Source: Thermodesulfobacteriota bacterium (GTDB lineage: Bacteria > Desulfobacterota_D > UBA1144 > Nemesobacterales > CSP1-2). From it: a stretch of DNA of 64,000 bases. The stretch spans positions 289-64,288 of the forward strand of contig DASWID010000101.1 in assembly GCA_036397855.1 (NCBI GenBank). The letters run 5' to 3'. Shown here piece after piece: positions 61,909-64,000 of the stretch. Each line of letters opens with the position of its first letter. Positions within the stretch are counted from its first letter, which is position 1. The translations under genes were made by a program, and so were the position numbers. A model generated the notes under the pieces. That model did not search any database and was not told the origin of the DNA. It was given only the letters and a program-made list of their open reading frames with translations.

Positions 61909-64000
61909 TCATTTCACAGGCCCAGGAGGCACATTTTTGTCTTCCTCCCGCAACTCTCCTTTTCGCAGATTGACCAAATTCGCCGGACCATTCGGCATGA
62001 TCTCGTAGTTGGCGTAGCCGAACTCGTTGCTGCGTGCAGCGATGTATTTGTCGCCCATCTTGTAAACAGTGACCTCGAATGGTGTGCCCCCGAGCGAGGT
62101 TACGAGCTTGCCGTTCTGCATCGAGTACGGCGAGGGTGTTGTTTGATAGCTGCTCTGCGCGACATCGCCGAATTCACTTGGCAGCGCTGCATTCCTACCG
62201 ACATGCAGGACGATCCTCTGACCAGCATTGTCATAGTGAATTTTAAACGGCTCGCCGGTGACGGTATTTCGCCACCAAATGGACTTCCCCACGATCAAAG
62301 TTTTCAGCTGTGCCTCATCTAGGGCCACCGCATCTTTCTTGTTAAGGTCGGCCACCGTCAGGCCAGGATCGGTGGCTTTGCGTGCCTCGACACTCGGCGT
62401 GTACCAGATTGGTGAACTCCATGCACGCTCCTGGACAGTCGCGGGTACCACGTCGGGCGGAGCTATGCCGAGTTGCTTGGCTTGGATGGTGGTCCACCGC
62501 GGCGTCGGAATCTCCAGCACGCGGGCGTAGTAGAACGCATCGAGGCTGGGGTCGAATTCCGGGTCGGTCCATACGGTCTTCAGCTCCACGACACCGATGG
62601 TGTTAGTGTAGGTAGCGTTCGGAATGTCCACCGTGCTACCGATCGGTGGCACCTCACCGGTGATAACGTCGTGCCGACGGTTGCCCGCCCAGACGACGTC
62701 GAAAACCTTTTCGAATGATTGGCCGCTCTTGGTCCAGCCTTTGACGATCTGGATGCGGTCGAGGTTGCCAGAGGTGGGATCCTTCACGGCCCAGACCACG
62801 AATGTCGGGGCCTTGGCCTTGGCCGGCGGTAGGTCGCCGCCCATCGGCACGCCCTTCTTGTAGCCCACCTTGACCCAGTCCCTCTGCTTCATCACATCAG
62901 GGCTGTATTCCCAGCTGCCAAAGAAACGCAGCTTAATGTGAGGACCGCTGGTTCCGAAGGTTTCCTTGCGGTACATTGCATCCCATATTGAGGCGCGAGT
63001 GTTCTCCTTCGACCATACCCCGGTCAGTCCAGCAGGGCTCTCGAGGCGCACGTCCATACCGCTAAAAAGATGGCCGCTCATGCGAGTCTCAATGGTTCCG
63101 TCATTAATCCCATGACCGCCGTAGAAATTGTCCTGACGGTAGGGGGTGCCCGTATTGTGCGAGTCGGAGCCGCCTACGATACCGAACTTGTACGGGTTAT
63201 AGCCCCTGGTGTCCTGCATGGTGAGGCCGTCTTTTAAGGCCTGCCGCGCGTAGCTGCCGACAATGTGAGGGAAGCGCCCGGAGTCCGACGGGAGGCCTAT
63301 AAGGAAACTCATTATCTCGTAGTTCGCGAATTCATCGTTTGGAGAGAGCAAGGGATGCGTCTCCGACTGCCCCTTGATTTGCTTGATCTCAACCAGCCGT
63401 TCGTTGCGCGTCCGCGATTCAGTCCACGCAGCATCGATCGGCCGGCCCAAGCTATCAACGTCGGTGGGGTACATCCACCCGTCGCTCAGGTTCGCGTTGT
63501 GCGAGATCGCCAACAGCTCGTTGCCCGCCTTGCGCTGGACATCCATCCATTTCCAAAGGTCTTCTGGATGCCATGAGTCGAGTGCGGTGTACGGCAACTC
63601 CGGCACCTTGGCACAATCCCGGAAGAAGACGTTGCGGTGCAGGTTGCGAAAGTCGTATTGCGAGGTGTACTCGTAGGAGCAAAAAGCCGTGAACTTGCCC
63701 GGGTGGTTGTTCTCGTCGGCGATCTTAACGTTTTCCTTCCAGATCGTACCGGCCACTTCCGGTTTCATAAACGCCTTGATGGGCGGCTTGCTGACGAGGG
63801 AGACCAGGTACATGAACACCTTCTCGACGTCCGCCGGGTTGTTCGGGTCCTTTAGGATCAGGGGCTGCGCCTCTGGCAACTTGCTCAACGCCGAGCCCGG
63901 GGTGTTGGCCATCTTCGTGACCCCAACATACTCCGAGTGGTCAGTCACGCCCATCCAGTCGAGCGGTGTATCAATCTTGATATCGTAACCCAGCGGGTGC
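61909..64000 (-). CDS. DUF3604-like protein, tandem paralog (5' end beyond the window)
   Basis: Collinear similarity to the 59209-61635 gene; the frame continues in frame to the window edge (...HPLGYDIKIDTPLDWMGVTDHSEY...), so the annotated Met at 63954 is internal. Confidence 0.5.
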   Translation of the reverse strand, partial: HPLGYDIKIDTPLDWMGVTDHSEYVGVTKMANTPGSALSKLPEAQPLILKDPNNPADVEKVFMYLVSLVSKPPIKAFMKPEVAGTIWKENVKIADENNHPGKFTAFCSYEYTSQYDFRNLHRNVFFRDCAKVPELPYTALDSWHPEDLWKWMDVQRKAGNELLAISHNANLSDGWMYPTDVDSLGRPIDAAWTESRTRNERLVEIKQIKGQSETHPLLSPNDEFANYEIMSFLIGLPSDSGRFPHIVGSYARQALKDGLTMQDTRGYNPYKFGIVGGSDSHNTGTPYRQDNFYGGHGINDGTIETRMSGHLFSGMDVRLESPAGLTGVWSKENTRASIWDAMYRKETFGTSGPHIKLRFFGSWEYSPDVMKQRDWVKVGYKKGVPMGGDLPPAKAKAPTFVVWAVKDPTSGNLDRIQIVKGWTKSGQSFEKVFDVVWAGNRRHDVITGEVPPIGSTVDIPNATYTNTIGVVELKTVWTDPEFDPSLDAFYYARVLEIPTPRWTTIQAKQLGIAPPDVVPATVQERAWSSPIWYTPSVEARKATDPGLTVADLNKKDAVALDEAQLKTLIVGKSIWWRNTVTGEPFKIHYDNAGQRIVLHVGRNAALPSEFGDVAQSSYQTTPSPYSMQNGKLVTSLGGTPFEVTVYKMGDKYIAARSNEFGYANYEIMPNGPANLVNLRKGELREEDKNVPPGPVK

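Overview
This 64-kb window comes from an AT-rich bacterial genome (about 35-40% GC by eye for the first ~45 kb). The backbone genes are housekeeping genes (hsp20, ispF, comEC, sodA, a sigma-70 factor, leuA, queF, hisBH, thiL, polA, dacB). Two accessory hotspots sit next to tRNA genes.

- Hotspot 1 is an intact ~4.75-kb integrative element inserted in the 3' end of tRNA-Met. It is bounded by a 51-bp direct repeat of the tRNA 3' half and carries a tyrosine integrase and a ribbon-helix-helix (RHH) protein. Its cargo is a candidate anti-phage cassette: a 2TM membrane protein divergent from a TIR/SEFIR-like protein, followed by a small protein with an HEPN-like Rx4H motif. Perfect 37-bp direct repeats flank the TIR unit.
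- Hotspot 2 (21.4-25.4 kb, next to tRNA-Ala) holds two tandem degraded integrase C-terminal fragments and a tRNA-like att remnant. It also holds an AbiEi/AbiEii abortive-infection pair and a third AbiEi-like regulator preceded by two perfect palindromes.
- Next to both tRNAs, on the opposite strand, are two paralogous ~95-nt candidate sRNA genes. Each has a near-consensus sigma-70 promoter and a hairpin terminator, and both share an invariant anti-Shine-Dalgarno-like AUCCUCCUUUAA core.
- Other points are duplicated gene-end remnants around a GDSL hydrolase gene, repeat elements flanking hisH, an 8-heme cytochrome c fused to TPR repeats, and a stepwise GC rise after ~45 kb that becomes sharp at ~54.3 kb. 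The last ~10 kb is ~60% GC and carries tandem DUF3604-like paralogs, which suggests either a horizontally acquired segment or a chimeric assembly.

No rRNA genes or CRISPR arrays were seen.
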